The notes beneath the pieces were generated by a model. The model was not told the DNA's origin. It ran no database searches and was given only the letters and a program-made list of their open reading frames with translations. 64,000 bases of DNA from an uncultured virus (IMG/VR IMGVR_UViG_2724679570_000003) (Duplodnaviria > Heunggongvirae > Uroviricota > Caudoviricetes), in the IMG/VR virus record IMGVR_UViG_2724679570_000003; one strand, 5' to 3'. Made by a program: the position numbers and the translations under genes. Within the stretch, counting starts at the first letter, position 1, and every line of letters begins with the position of its first letter. Shown piece by piece: positions 8,801 to 20,272 of the stretch.

Positions 8801-11800
8801 ACAATGGCTAATAAAAATAATTTAAAAAAAGATAAAAAAGGAGTAAAGAAATATAATCCAGATGATATGCTTGAACAATTGCAAAACTTAGCTGATAAAT
8901 TAGGTAGAACACCAAAAATACCCGAATTAAGATTATATAACTTGCCATCTGAGTCGTCTTATAGAAGATATTTTGGTTCTTATATTAATGCATGTAAATT
9001 AGCAGATTTAGATATTAATATATGTTTATTTGGCAAAAAAAGAAAAATACCTAAATCTTTAAACGGAGATGTTTGTTTTTCAAATGCAGAAACAATAATT
9101 ACTGATTTCTTTATAAAAAATAATATTAAATATATCAAAGAACCATATTATAAAGACTATATGGATGATGAAAGATGCAAAACCAAAAGATGTGATTGGA
9201 TTATAGATAATAATGTTTTTGTTGAATATTTTGGACTCCCAGATAAATCTTATTATTATAAAAAGATGGAAATAAAAAGACAGATATGTAAAGATAATAA
9301 CATAAAATTAATTGAATTATTTGAGAAAGATTTAGATAAATTAAATACTATATTTTAAATAAATAAAATCCGTAACGACTAGTACGTTCGCCTCCTATAA
9401 AAAATATAGGATGAAGATAGAGTCTGATCGTCTATGGAAACATAGAGAGGAATGGTCGGTATGAAATAATTACCTAAAGAAGTACCATTCCCGCCATAGC
9501 AAAATAATTTGTTATGGTCAGTAACTTGTTTTTGCAAGTGAAAGTAACAGCTTGACGCACCAAAGGGAAAATTTCTTGGTATTGATGAATAACTTAGATC
9601 AAGTGAATAACCTTCAAAAAGAGGTGAATAAAGCAGCAGGAGATTCCGAAGATAAATTTAATAAAATTTATGGAAATTCGCTTGAAGCAAAAGTTAAAGA
9701 TTTTAAACATACTTGGGAAGAGTTTTATCAATCCATAATTTCTAGTGATGCTTTAAAAGTAATAGTTCAATCAGGAACTAAATTGGTTGGTGTATTAGAT
9801 GCATTAGTTAATTCAAGTGGTGGTATGAAATTAAGTTTATTAGTTTTACTGCCAACAACAATTTTATTAGCAAAAAGATTTAAAGATTTTTTTAATGTTT
9901 TAAAAGATGGTAAAAACTTATATTCGATAAGTACAGCATTTAAAACATTATTTAATATAACTGATGCAGGATTACCATCTATAAGTAAATTAAAAGGGGC
10001 ATTTTCAAATTTAGGAACAGTCTTATTAAATTTAGTGACAACGCCAACGGGATTAATATTCTTAGGTATAGCAACAGCAATAGGTGTAGCAACAGCAGCA
10101 GTAATTAAACACATAAAACATCAATCAAAAATGAGAGAAGAAAATAAAAAACTAAAACAAAGTTATGAAGATTTAACCAAGGCAATGAAAGAAAATAATA
10201 AAGAAGCTATAAAAAATGCTTCAGAAGACCCTAAAAAGGCTCAAGATGAATTACAGGGTTTAATGAAAAAAAGGGAAGAACTGAAAAAGATGATGGAAGG
10301 TTCACCCAATATGAAAGATGGAGTAAGTTTAGGAGTTGCTAATCAGTTAAAAGAAACTGAAACTCGAATTCAAGAACTAAAAAAAGCACTTAAAGATAAC
10401 AACTTTACAATTGATGAAACAACAGGAAAGATAGCTGACCTAGCAAAAGCATCATCTCATATGGCTAATTTGGACATGGCAAATGCAATAAAAGAAAATG
10501 CAGATTATGAAATTCAAGAAAAAGATGCTATTATCGGGTTATATGATGAATATAATAGATTAATTTCAATTAAAAATAAAAACAAAAGCCAAGAAATGGA
10601 ATTAAGTCATGTATCCGAATCTTTAAATGATAAAGTTAAAGGGTTGATTCTGACAAAAGATAAAGAAGGTAATGTAATAATTGAGAATACAGGTTTGCTA
10701 AATACAGAGATAGATGTTCTTAACACTGAAGGACTTACTGTTGACAAACTTACTAAAGTTAAATTAGAAGCAGCAAAGCAACATGCTCAAGCACAACGAG
10801 GAATGACTAAAATGTCTTATGAAGAGACTAGAAAAAGGATACTTTTTTTACAAGAGGAAATTGGGAAAAAGCAAAAGTTAGCAGATACTTTTAATGAGGT
10901 TCTTCCAAGTTTAAAGATTACAGGAACAAATCCTTTTCAAAAACCAGTAGATATGTTGACAAGTGAAAAGTTAGATTGGCAAAAGGAACTGGATAGATTA
11001 GATAGCATTTATAAGCAACCCACTAGTACAACAACTCCCGATGTACCAGATTTCAACCCTACAGACCCAGAAAAATTTAAAAAAAGTACAGATGCATTAA
11101 AAGAAAATACAGGTGAGACGGATAAAAATAGAGAAGCTGTAAATAAAGCTAAAGAAGCGGTAAAGCAATATGAATTAGCATTAAAATCACTAGAAATTCA
11201 AATGACTAAAAATAATATCGCATTAGGAAGATTATATGAACATAGTGATAGTTACATAAATAAATTAAAAGAAAAACAGAATCTAATTAAACAAGAAATT
11301 GCATTAAATAAGCAACAAATTGCTATGAATGGACAATTAGCTAACTCACTAGGTGCTGTAGGTGGTTCATATGTTAATGGTATGGGCAATAGTATTGGTG
11401 AACAAGTAGTAAGAAATGCACAACAGTATTTAGGAAAACCATATAAATGGGGAGGCTCTAACCCCAGTGAATCTTTTGACTGTTCTGGATTAGTTCAATA
11501 CGTATATAAACAAGTAGGAATACAATTAAATAGAACTACATATGACCAAGTTAAACAGGGAACTCCTGTTGCTAAAAATCAATTACAAGTAGGAGACGCT
11601 GTTTTCTTTGGTAGTCCATCTTCACCACACCATGTAGGAATATATATGGGAAATGGACAATATATACATGCACCAAAGTCAGGTGATGTAATTAAAGTTT
11701 CTAGTTTAAATAGTAGAAGTGATTATGCAACTGCCAGAAGATATGCAAGTGGAGGAAGCTCTGTTAGTAGAACGACTTCATCTAACTATAGTGGTAAATA

Positions 11801-14699
11801 TGCTAGTTATATAAATGAAGCAGCTAGTAAATATGGAGTTTCTGCTGCGTTAATAGCTGCAATAATAAAAGCTGAATCAGATTTTAATCCTAATGACCGT
11901 TCTGGTGCAGGGGCAATGGGTTTAATGCAGTTGATGCCTGAAACAGCTAGAGAATTAGGAGTAAATAATCCATTCGATCCACGTCAAAATATTATGGGTG
12001 GTACACAAGAAATTTCTAAATATCTGAAAAAATATAATGGTAATTTAGATTTAGCTTTAGCTGCCTATAATGCAGGTATGGGAAATGTCCAAAAATATGG
12101 AGGAGTTCCACCGTTCAAAGAAACTAAAGATTATATTCCTAAAGTTAAAAAATTCATGAAGGAATATGGTGGTAGTGAATCATCTATTCATTCAACAATA
12201 GATGAACAAATGGATTTAATTGGAAAGTCAATGGATATGGAAAAGAAAAATCTTGAACTTCAAGAAGAATTAAATAAAATAAATATTCAAATATTGGAAG
12301 CAAGATTAGGACAGTTTGATGACAAAGTTAAATCTATAGATAGAACAATAACTCAGTTAAGAACCGATGTAGATTTACAAAATAAAAATGATATTAATTA
12401 TATCAACTATTTGTCTAAAATAGATGATTATACTCTTAAAAAGTTAGATGTTCTTAAAAAAGAAAGAGATTTTATAAAAAAAGAAATAAGCTCAGGAATA
12501 TATGATGAAAAAACTATAAAAATGCTAGGTGAAAAGTATTCTGATATAGGAACAGAAATGTTAAATGTAACTAAAACTATCAAAGATGTGAGTTTAGAAT
12601 TAGTCACTGCTAAATGGGAAGCCATCCAGCAGATTTATAAAGAAAATATAGAAATGATTTCAAATGAACTAGATAGACTTAGTTTACATGAAGAAAAAAA
12701 TATCAAACAAATAATGATATTAAAGAAACAATTAGTAGAACAAGATGAAGAAAATATTAGAAGAATGACTGAACTAATAAGAGAAACTAATGATATAGCA
12801 TATAAATATGGCAAAGATTTCTTGTTAGATAAAGTTAGAGAGTATACTGCTGAATTAGATAAAGCTAATACTGAACTAGAAAAGCATAAAAAAGAGCTAG
12901 AAGATATCAAAGACAAAATGTCTGAAATGAAGTCTACTATAGAAGATAAGTTAAGAGAAATTTTAACTAAAACTGCTGAATTAGCGAAAGAACAATTAGA
13001 TAAAGTTTTAAAGCATTTTGAAGAAACTATAGATGCTGAGTTAAAGAAATTAGATGAAGCAGAAAAAAGAAATAGTTATAACGAACAAAAAACTGAGCAA
13101 TTAAAGACTATAGCAGAATTACAAGAAAAAATAGCCAAATTAGCAACAGATGACAGTGAAGAAGGTATCGCAAGAAGATTAGAGTATGAGAAACAATTAC
13201 AAGAAGAAATGAAGAAAAAGACAGATTTACAGATGAAGCATAACAATGAATTAAAGAAAGAAGCTCTAACAAAACAAAAGGAAGAAAAGAAGAAAGAAAT
13301 AGAAAAGAAAAAACGTGATATCGATACTAGATTAGATAATGTTTATTTGAATCTGGATGCAAGAAAAGCACTAACTGAAGGCTATATTGAATGGATTGAT
13401 GGTAAAAGAATAGGAATCCAAAATGCTCTATTACAATTTGAAGATTTATTTGGGAAAGGCTTAACTTCATTAGGAGATAAAATAAAGAAAGAATTATTAG
13501 AACAATTAAAAGCAGCCCAAGACTTAGTAAATGGAATAGAGAAACAAGACCCTGATAAAATACTTGAAGAAAATAAAACTAAAAATGTATACGGTACAGG
13601 GGCAGATTTAGCCAATTCTCGAAAGATATTAGGTTCTTTAGGATATAACTATATTGACACAAGTTTAGTAGACAAAACTAAGTTGCATTTCGGAAAAGAT
13701 GATATAGTTGTAGGTGATACTGGTGCTATCAACGGTGTTGATAGACAAGATTTAAATGGAGCAATAAGACTAGGTGGGAAAAACAGATATGATACCGCAG
13801 GGATTATACAATTATATTCAGACATTCAAAGTGGAAGAATTAAGCCTGTTGGCGGAATTGTATATGGTACGGGACAAGATTTAAAAAATGCTATAGCATG
13901 GCTGAGTCCTCTAGGATATGAATTTGTAGATACATCTAAAATAAATCCTAAAGATATTAATTTTAATCCAAATGATATTATTGTAGGTGGCAAAGGAGCT
14001 AAAGGTGGAGTAGACTTTGATATTGATGGCGTCACTAGATTAGGTGGTTCTGATAGAAATGATACATATAATAAAATAAGAGACAAAGCACTAATTGATT
14101 TAAATGCTATGAATAAAGCTAATTATGTGCCTAAATCTAAGTATGGAAAAGTATATGGAACTGGTTATGATTTAAAATCAGCTAAGAAATATCTTACTAA
14201 ATTAGGTTATCAGTTTGTAGATACCAATTCTGTTAGAGATGTTGAATTAACAGCGAATGACATTGTTGTTGGTGGCACTATGGATGGTAAGGAGCAAATT
14301 TATAATAGTCAAGCGAGATGGTTATTTGGTAAAGATAGATATCAGACTGAGAGTGAGATAGCTAATTATGCAAATACCATGAGCGATATTAAAGGTTATT
14401 ATGATAAAGGTGGAGTTGCAGATTTTACAGGAAAAGCTATGCTTCATGGGAATCCTAATGCAGTAGAGACTATATTTAACGCAGAACAAGGTAAGAAATT
14501 ATATAATTTTGTTAATACCTTACCTATAAATAATTTTGGGTATGGAATGAATAGAAATCTACAACCCGCAATGGCAACTAGTAACAATAATAATATTGAA
14601 ATAAATTTTCATATTGATAAAATGTATGGAACAGAAAATGAAGCTCAAGGTTTTGCTACTAAAATAATAAATACTCTTAGAAATAGAGGAAAGTATTAA
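5848..14699 (+). CDS. tape measure protein with NlpC/P60, lytic transglycosylase and three C-terminal repeats; exons 5848-7314, 7653-8261, 9555-14699 (about 2406 aa)
   Basis: AAGGAGG RBS; TP901-type TMP core joined in frame across introns (MMG|GAEEFLRAG; LAG|THQRENF); FDCSG..HVG..IHA; AES..GAMGLMQLMP..AYNAG. Confidence 0.9.
7315..7652 (+). ncRNA. group I intron 1 (ORF-less, 338 nt)
   Basis: P1 atgggt/gcccat with U-G at the splice site, P10 gcact/ggtgc, P3 cctcgt/gcgagg, P7 gacta/tagtc, terminal G; removal restores frame. Confidence 0.9.
8262..9554 (+). ncRNA. group I intron 2 with homing endonuclease ORF (1293 nt)
   Basis: P1 caggt/gcctg, P10 tgtgt/acgca, P/Q tatcgggaa..ttccgagg, R cgtaacgacta, S gatagagtc, terminal G; removal restores frame. 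Confidence 0.9.
8402..9358 (+). CDS. intron-encoded putative homing endonuclease (W-x-x-E repeats, associated helical repeat, PD-(D/E)xK-like C-terminus)
   Basis: KWTSEKIELLK / KWSEDEMKLLE repeats, LGRTP..PS..Y.RYFGS, S..E...CDW..VFVEYFG; lies inside intron 2. Confidence 0.75.
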   Translation: MNIKWTSEKIELLKKYYPNSSWDFLFEVLQCSNKESIIHKAYKLNIKRQGFYYTDKDIDFLKNNYDKMPIEEIAKHLNKTPVAIMTKANNLKLHKTDKWSEDEMKLLERVYGKYTNKELSEKFFTNRNVESIRTMANKNNLKKDKKGVKKYNPDDMLEQLQNLADKLGRTPKIPELRLYNLPSESSYRRYFGSYINACKLADLDINICLFGKKRKIPKSLNGDVCFSNAETIITDFFIKNNIKYIKEPYYKDYMDDERCKTKRCDWIIDNNVFVEYFGLPDKSYYYKKMEIKRQICKDNNIKLIELFEKDLDKLNTIF

Positions 14700-14730
14700 G
14701 GATACAATTTTAATTGTATCCTTTTCTTTT
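14698..14730 (+). terminator. terminator
   Basis: aggatacaatt/aattgtatcct followed by T-run. Confidence 0.7.
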
Positions 14731-14749
14731 TAAAGAGAGGTGATGGTTT

Positions 14750-17700
14750 TTGATAAAGAGCAGTTTATATTTCAATTATGCAGGTAGAGATAGTTTAGAA
14801 TTTAATATTATAAATGGTTCTGTAGATAATGCAGAATTAAAAGAAAATTTTTTAGCTAATAAGAAAATAAAAGAAATAAATACTATAGAGGCTGATAAGC
14901 CTTATTTTCAAGGAATAGAAAGAAATCCATTACAACTTAAATTACAATTTTGTTTCACAGAAAAATGGAATAAAGAATTAATAAGGGAAGTGGAAAGATG
15001 GTTGGATCAAGATGAATATCAACCATTATATTTTTCTGAAGACCCTGAAAAGATTTATTATGCTATACCCGTTGATGATATAGAAATGACTCATTTTGGA
15101 TTAGAGCAAGGGTATTTAGATATAACTATGAGATGTAATACTTATCATGCGTATAGTAGGGAATATTTAAGTGAAACTTATGATTTAAGTGCAGATAATG
15201 AAAATGGTACAGAAATAATAATACCCAATTATGGAGATATTGATATTAAACCTGATATATGGATTAAGAAAATAGGTGATGGTAGTTTAGAAATAATAAA
15301 TAAAAATAATGGTGGAGAAGTTACAAGTTTTTGTAATGGCTCTAGTGGTAAGGGTATACTAAAATTCACAGGAACAGTATTTGATAGCGAAATCGTAACG
15401 ATAGGTGATAAGATATTTGAATTCGATACAGGTGATGGAATTGTAAATGAAAATGTTAAACAATGGACGCAAGGATTTAAATATATAGATGGAACAATAG
15501 TTAATAAAAGTGGGATTTTATACCAATGTATTAAGACAAATACTGATGAAGAATGGGATGAGAATCACTGGAAAAAGCTAGAGAAAAGCAATATAAAAGT
15601 AGATGTAAGTGCAGATGCTAACCCTGCACAAGCGAAATTAGTTTTTAATAACACACCCATTGAAGATAGTGATAATATTTCCATTGGTAATAACACCTAT
15701 GAATTCGATTTTGATGATGTCTATGAAGCTAAAAACGGTCATATTCCAATTAGTTTAAAAAACTATACAACGCAAGCAAATGGAAGATTAATAGCTAGAA
15801 GTAATTTAGATTTTGCAGGAAGTAAAATTAAAGTAGGAGATCAGGAATATGAAATAACAGCCTCATCAAATGAAGGAATTGCAATTACCAAGAATACTGG
15901 ATTGAAAGGTTGGAATAATTGGAGATTGGATTCTTATTTTGAATCCGATTCTGATTTTAAAGATGCAACCTTATTAATAAATGAAAAAAGAGACAACACA
16001 CTTGATGGAGTAAGGATACCTTTAGTAAGTGATTTCGTTAATAATAGAATAGATAAAGAAAAGCAGATTATTGAGCTGTTCAAATTAACAAAATTTTTAG
16101 GAATCCCTGCTGAAAGATATGCTGATACAGGAAAGTTCCAACCTGTTTCTGAAGGTATTAAAGGACAGGATATAGGTGATGAGTTGAGTGTTTATAAAAG
16201 AACTGGAAGAAGCTTTAAAGTAGATATGATAAATTCTACATCTAATAAATTTTATATTAACAAAATGTTTCAAAGAAATGGTGTAACTACTAAAAACATG
16301 GAAGCAAAAATAGGAGCAACTAATTAGTTGTTAAAAATATACTCAAATATAAATAAATATAGACAAAAGTATATTTTTAAAACAAAAGCTCCCTACATTC
16401 GTAAAGAGTGTAGAGTGATGATTTTAAATCATCCAAAACTCCTTTAATTGCTGGAAGTCCCTAAAGCTACATTAACCACAACGTAAGAATGAAATAAGTC
16501 TAAGCGTGAAGGTGATGAAAGTAGAAAAAATAATGTAGATAGCATAAGGTCAAATCCTAAGTGCCTTAATAATGGGTAATCAGCAGGTAAGCCTCGAATA
16601 GAGGAAACTTCAACGACTAGAGAGAAATCTCGTACCTTCAAGTGAGGGGAAATGGGGAGAACCTTAAATAATTAGGGTTGTGATATAGTCTGTGCGTCAT
16701 ATGAAAGTATGAGAAGTTCATAAGAGAACTGCATAAGAGTAACGATCTTATGTGAACACTCTAAAAATATATACAAATGTCAATTAGATAATTCGTAAAA
16801 CAACCGTATTTTAAAATTTTATAATTATTTATTTTCTAAATCTTTAATAATTAATTTATAAACATAATTACTAACAGAACGTTGTTCTTTACTAGCTTTT
16901 AATTTTAATTGTTCATTCATTTCCTTAGGAATAGTAATTTTAATTCTTGTATTATTTTTACTAATAGCCATAATGCCACACCTCAAAAATACATTTATTA
17001 AATTAAGAATATCATAAATCAAAGGTGTTGACAAGGTGGGGACACTATGATAATATATAAATATGGTAAATAAGTGAGGTGATTAATAATGGGTACTATC
17101 ATTAAAACAGTAAAACAATATTCCTATGAATTAGATGATGATATATTACAAGAATTAAAGTTTATAGCTAATCAATATAAGAATGTAAAGAATTATATCT
17201 ATTCAAGATACAGTGGAATTAATAGTATTCCATTATTAAAGAAACATAGAGAAATAAGAAATGAATGGACTAAAAATAAATTTTATGAACAATGGAAATT
17301 ACCAGCTAGGTATTGGAAATTAGCATTAACTGAAGCTATAAGTAATATAAAGTCAGAATGGAGTAATATTAAAAGAAGAGTAAAAGAACAATGTAAAGAA
17401 AACAATAATTTATCAAATGAAGATAAATATTATATTAATTATATTCTTAAATTTGATAATTATTATTGGAAAGTGTTAACGAATCAATCTTTTGAAATTC
17501 CTAAAACATTTCAAGATAAAGAATTGAATTATAAATATCTTAATAGTCTTATTAAAAGATATACAAGAAGATATAAAGGATGTATACCATATTCTAAAAT
17601 AAGCAATAGTTTTTCAATTGATAAAGGATTATATTCTTACAAAGATGGTTATATAAAGATTGCTTGTATCGAAAAATATAAAAGATTATCTATTAAATTA

Positions 17701-20240
17701 ACTGACAACAATAAGTATGATAAAACAATGACAGTTAAAATAATAAATAATAAAATAGTTATAAATTGTCCTTTAAAAATAAAAACTAGAAAGAATAAAA
17801 ATACTAATATTATAGGAATAGATAAAGGTTATAGATATTTATTTGCAGTATCAAGCGAAAATTTTTATGGAGAAAATCTTAATAATTATCTTAGCAAGGA
17901 AACTGAAAGATTAAATAAAGTTAATGCTCAAAGAAATAGATTTTGGGCTTTATATAATCAATATTTAGAGCAAGATAATATTAAGAAAGCTAATGCCATA
18001 AAAGAAAATAATTTAGGTAAAGTAAAATATAATCACAATAAGCAAAAACATGACCAAACAGTTAAGTCTTATATAAATTATTCATTGAATCAATTAATAA
18101 AAGAAGAAAAACCAAAAGAAATAGTTATGGAACAATTAGATTTTATTAATTGGAATGACAGATATCCTAAAGGTGTAAAACGTAAATTATCAAGATGGAT
18201 TAAGGGTTATATAAGAGAAAGATCAGAGTATAAATGTGATTTTTATAGTATTAAATATACTTATATAAATCCAGCTTATACAAGTAAAGTATGTAGTGTT
18301 TGTGGAAGTTTTGGTAAAAGAGATGGAGATGTATTTACTTGTCCTAAATGCGGAGAAACCCACGCTGATACTAATGCAAGTAAGAATATATTGAATAGAA
18401 AATATGATAATGACATTATTTTATATACAAATTATAAAAAAGTTAAAGAAATATTAGAAAATAGAGTAAAAGTAAGTTAAATTTAAATTGATATAAAAGA
18501 ATATTTAATCACAAATATATGTACCTCACAAATGAAGCATATATTTTATCAGAAATGAGGGTTAAATAATTCTTTAGTTATAAAATTTTAAAATACGGTT
18601 GTAGGATAATAAATGAATTTTAATTAAGTAATATATTAATTAAAATGATTTTATGAACTGGTATATCCAAGACTTTAAGCCATCATAAGGTGTGATAAGT
18701 GCGAATTATCTAAATTTGAGTACATTTGTATACATTTTTAGAACCAGATATAATTTTAATTGCTAAATGGCAAGAAAATAGAAAAAATGATTCTTTTGTG
18801 GAGTATGAAGGTAAGGAGTATATACAATCTGACTTTGAACTATTAAGAATAAAAAATGTAGGTGAAACTAAAAACAATAGTTTAATTTTAACTCATGAAA
18901 GTGGAACTTATTGGTATGAATTAGAAACTCCTAGTAAAATATTTAAAACTAATCCTTTATATTCTTATGGTGAAGGAAAAAGAGTTGTAGGAAGTGGATA
19001 TGATTTAGCAAATGCAAAAATTGTTTTAAATGGATTAGGTTTTTCTTTTGTAGATTCAAAGGGTTTATCGGAAGAAAATTTAAGAAAAATTGTTAGAAAT
19101 GGAGATATTATTTTAGGTGAGAAAGGTGCTAAAGGCGGAATTCCATTTGATATTGATGGAGCAATAAGATTAGGTGGAAGTGATAGATATGAAACTGCAA
19201 AATTGGTAAGAGATTATTATTGGGAAATCCATGATAAATATTATGCTAAAGGATATGATTATTATTATAATGTTATTTTATTTACAAAGCAAGGAGAAAA
19301 ATTATTGATTCAGGAGGATATTCCTTTAACAAGACCTTACCAGATTAGAATGGGAAGTAGTCTAGATGAAACATGTGAAAACATAGTAAAAGCTATAAAT
19401 GAAGAAGGTAGAGATTGGGTTGAGTATAGTAAAGGTACATATGAACATGATGATGTAAGAGCTGAATATGATAAAAGTTCAAAGATTATAAATATAAAAG
19501 CAAAAGAAAGAGGTAGTAAAGGAAATAAAATATCTTCAGTAGTAAATGATTGGGAAAACACTCAAAAATTATTAAGACAAAATTATAAAATAAACCAATT
19601 TGAATTTCCCAATTTGGTGAAAGGTAAGGATGCTATTTATAGTGAGCTAGATGACACAAATGGAAAATCATTAATAGCATATATAACAGATGTGTTAAAG
19701 ACAAATGAAGATAAAATGAATATTAGCTTTTCCAATAATACTATAAATATAATTTCTAAAAAATATGGAAGTATTAACAATATAATTCCTGTACTGTCTA
19801 ATTGCTATTCTTGTAATTTTTATGATATTAAAGACAATCCTGCTGTAACTTTAGAAGGGGGAAAAGATCCAAGTGTAAATACTATTTTACAAGCTTTATA
19901 TTCTACTATAGACAATGTATTTTGTAAGATGGATTTAGAGAATCAAACAATTACAGTGACTCATAAAGAAGTAGGTAAAAAAACTAATATTAATATAAGT
20001 ACAACTGCTATAAACGCTTACTGGGATAATGGTAAGAAATTATATGGCGGTAGAGATGGACTAGTTAATGATGAAGAAATATACATAGAAGGTGAGAGTG
20101 GATATATTGAAAGTAATAAAAACAAAGGAATTGTAGATGTATATAATGGTAATGATTTAGTTTTAAAATATGGTGAGAATAGACTATTAATTAAAGGAAA
20201 TTGTTTTATAAGATTTAAAACTAAGTATAAATTCTTGTAA
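14750..20240 (+). CDS. distal tail (Dit-like) protein with large internal insertion; exons 14750-16313 and 18748-20240 (about 1018 aa)
   Basis: Follows TMP; Dit-type N-terminus (YQPLYFSEDPEKIYYA) and C-terminus (YGENRLLIKGNC); joining G16313 to A18748 gives MEAKI-D-IILIAKW in frame. Confidence 0.8.
16825..16971 (-). CDS. Arc/RHH-like DNA-binding protein inside IStron
   Basis: TRIKITIPKEM..LK..A..EQRSVSNYV; GAGG RBS. Confidence 0.8.
   Translation of the reverse strand: MAISKNNTRIKITIPKEMNEQLKLKASKEQRSVSNYVYKLIIKDLENK
17028..17056 (+). promoter_or_regulatory. tnpB promoter
   Basis: TTGACA-17-TAATAT with extended TG. Confidence 0.65.
17089..18480 (+). CDS. tnpB: TnpB RNA-guided nuclease
   Basis: GIDKG, VMEQL, CSVC..CPKC, HADTNAS: RuvC D-E-D intact. 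Confidence 0.9.
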   Translation: MGTIIKTVKQYSYELDDDILQELKFIANQYKNVKNYIYSRYSGINSIPLLKKHREIRNEWTKNKFYEQWKLPARYWKLALTEAISNIKSEWSNIKRRVKEQCKENNNLSNEDKYYINYILKFDNYYWKVLTNQSFEIPKTFQDKELNYKYLNSLIKRYTRRYKGCIPYSKISNSFSIDKGLYSYKDGYIKIACIEKYKRLSIKLTDNNKYDKTMTVKIINNKIVINCPLKIKTRKNKNTNIIGIDKGYRYLFAVSSENFYGENLNNYLSKETERLNKVNAQRNRFWALYNQYLEQDNIKKANAIKENNLGKVKYNHNKQKHDQTVKSYINYSLNQLIKEEKPKEIVMEQLDFINWNDRYPKGVKRKLSRWIKGYIRERSEYKCDFYSIKYTYINPAYTSKVCSVCGSFGKRDGDVFTCPKCGETHADTNASKNILNRKYDNDIILYTNYKKVKEILENRVKVS

Positions 20241-20272
20241 ATAAAATAATTTGTTAAAGGAGGTGTTTCTAT

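Larger units (their letters stand above)
16314..18747 (+). mobile_element. IS607-type IStron (group I intron + RHH + TnpB, no TnpA) inserted after AG
   Basis: AG at both junctions (aaaatag| and gaaccag|); ribozyme core P aattgctggaa, Q aatcagcag, R ttcaacgacta, S gatatagtc at about 16445-16695; tatactcaaa/tttgagta end repeats. Confidence 0.85.

Noticed and set aside
7650..9554. ORF-track starts at 7650 (ATG) and 9552 (TTG) as independent genes
   Set aside because: No RBS; the G of each start codon is the intron omega-G, so they are exons of the tape-measure gene
16444..16641. 65-aa minus-strand ORF
   Set aside because: Antisense to the group I ribozyme core
18726..18747. TTG start of a separate 504-aa tail gene
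   Set aside because: Lies within the IStron right end; the frame joins the upstream Dit exon
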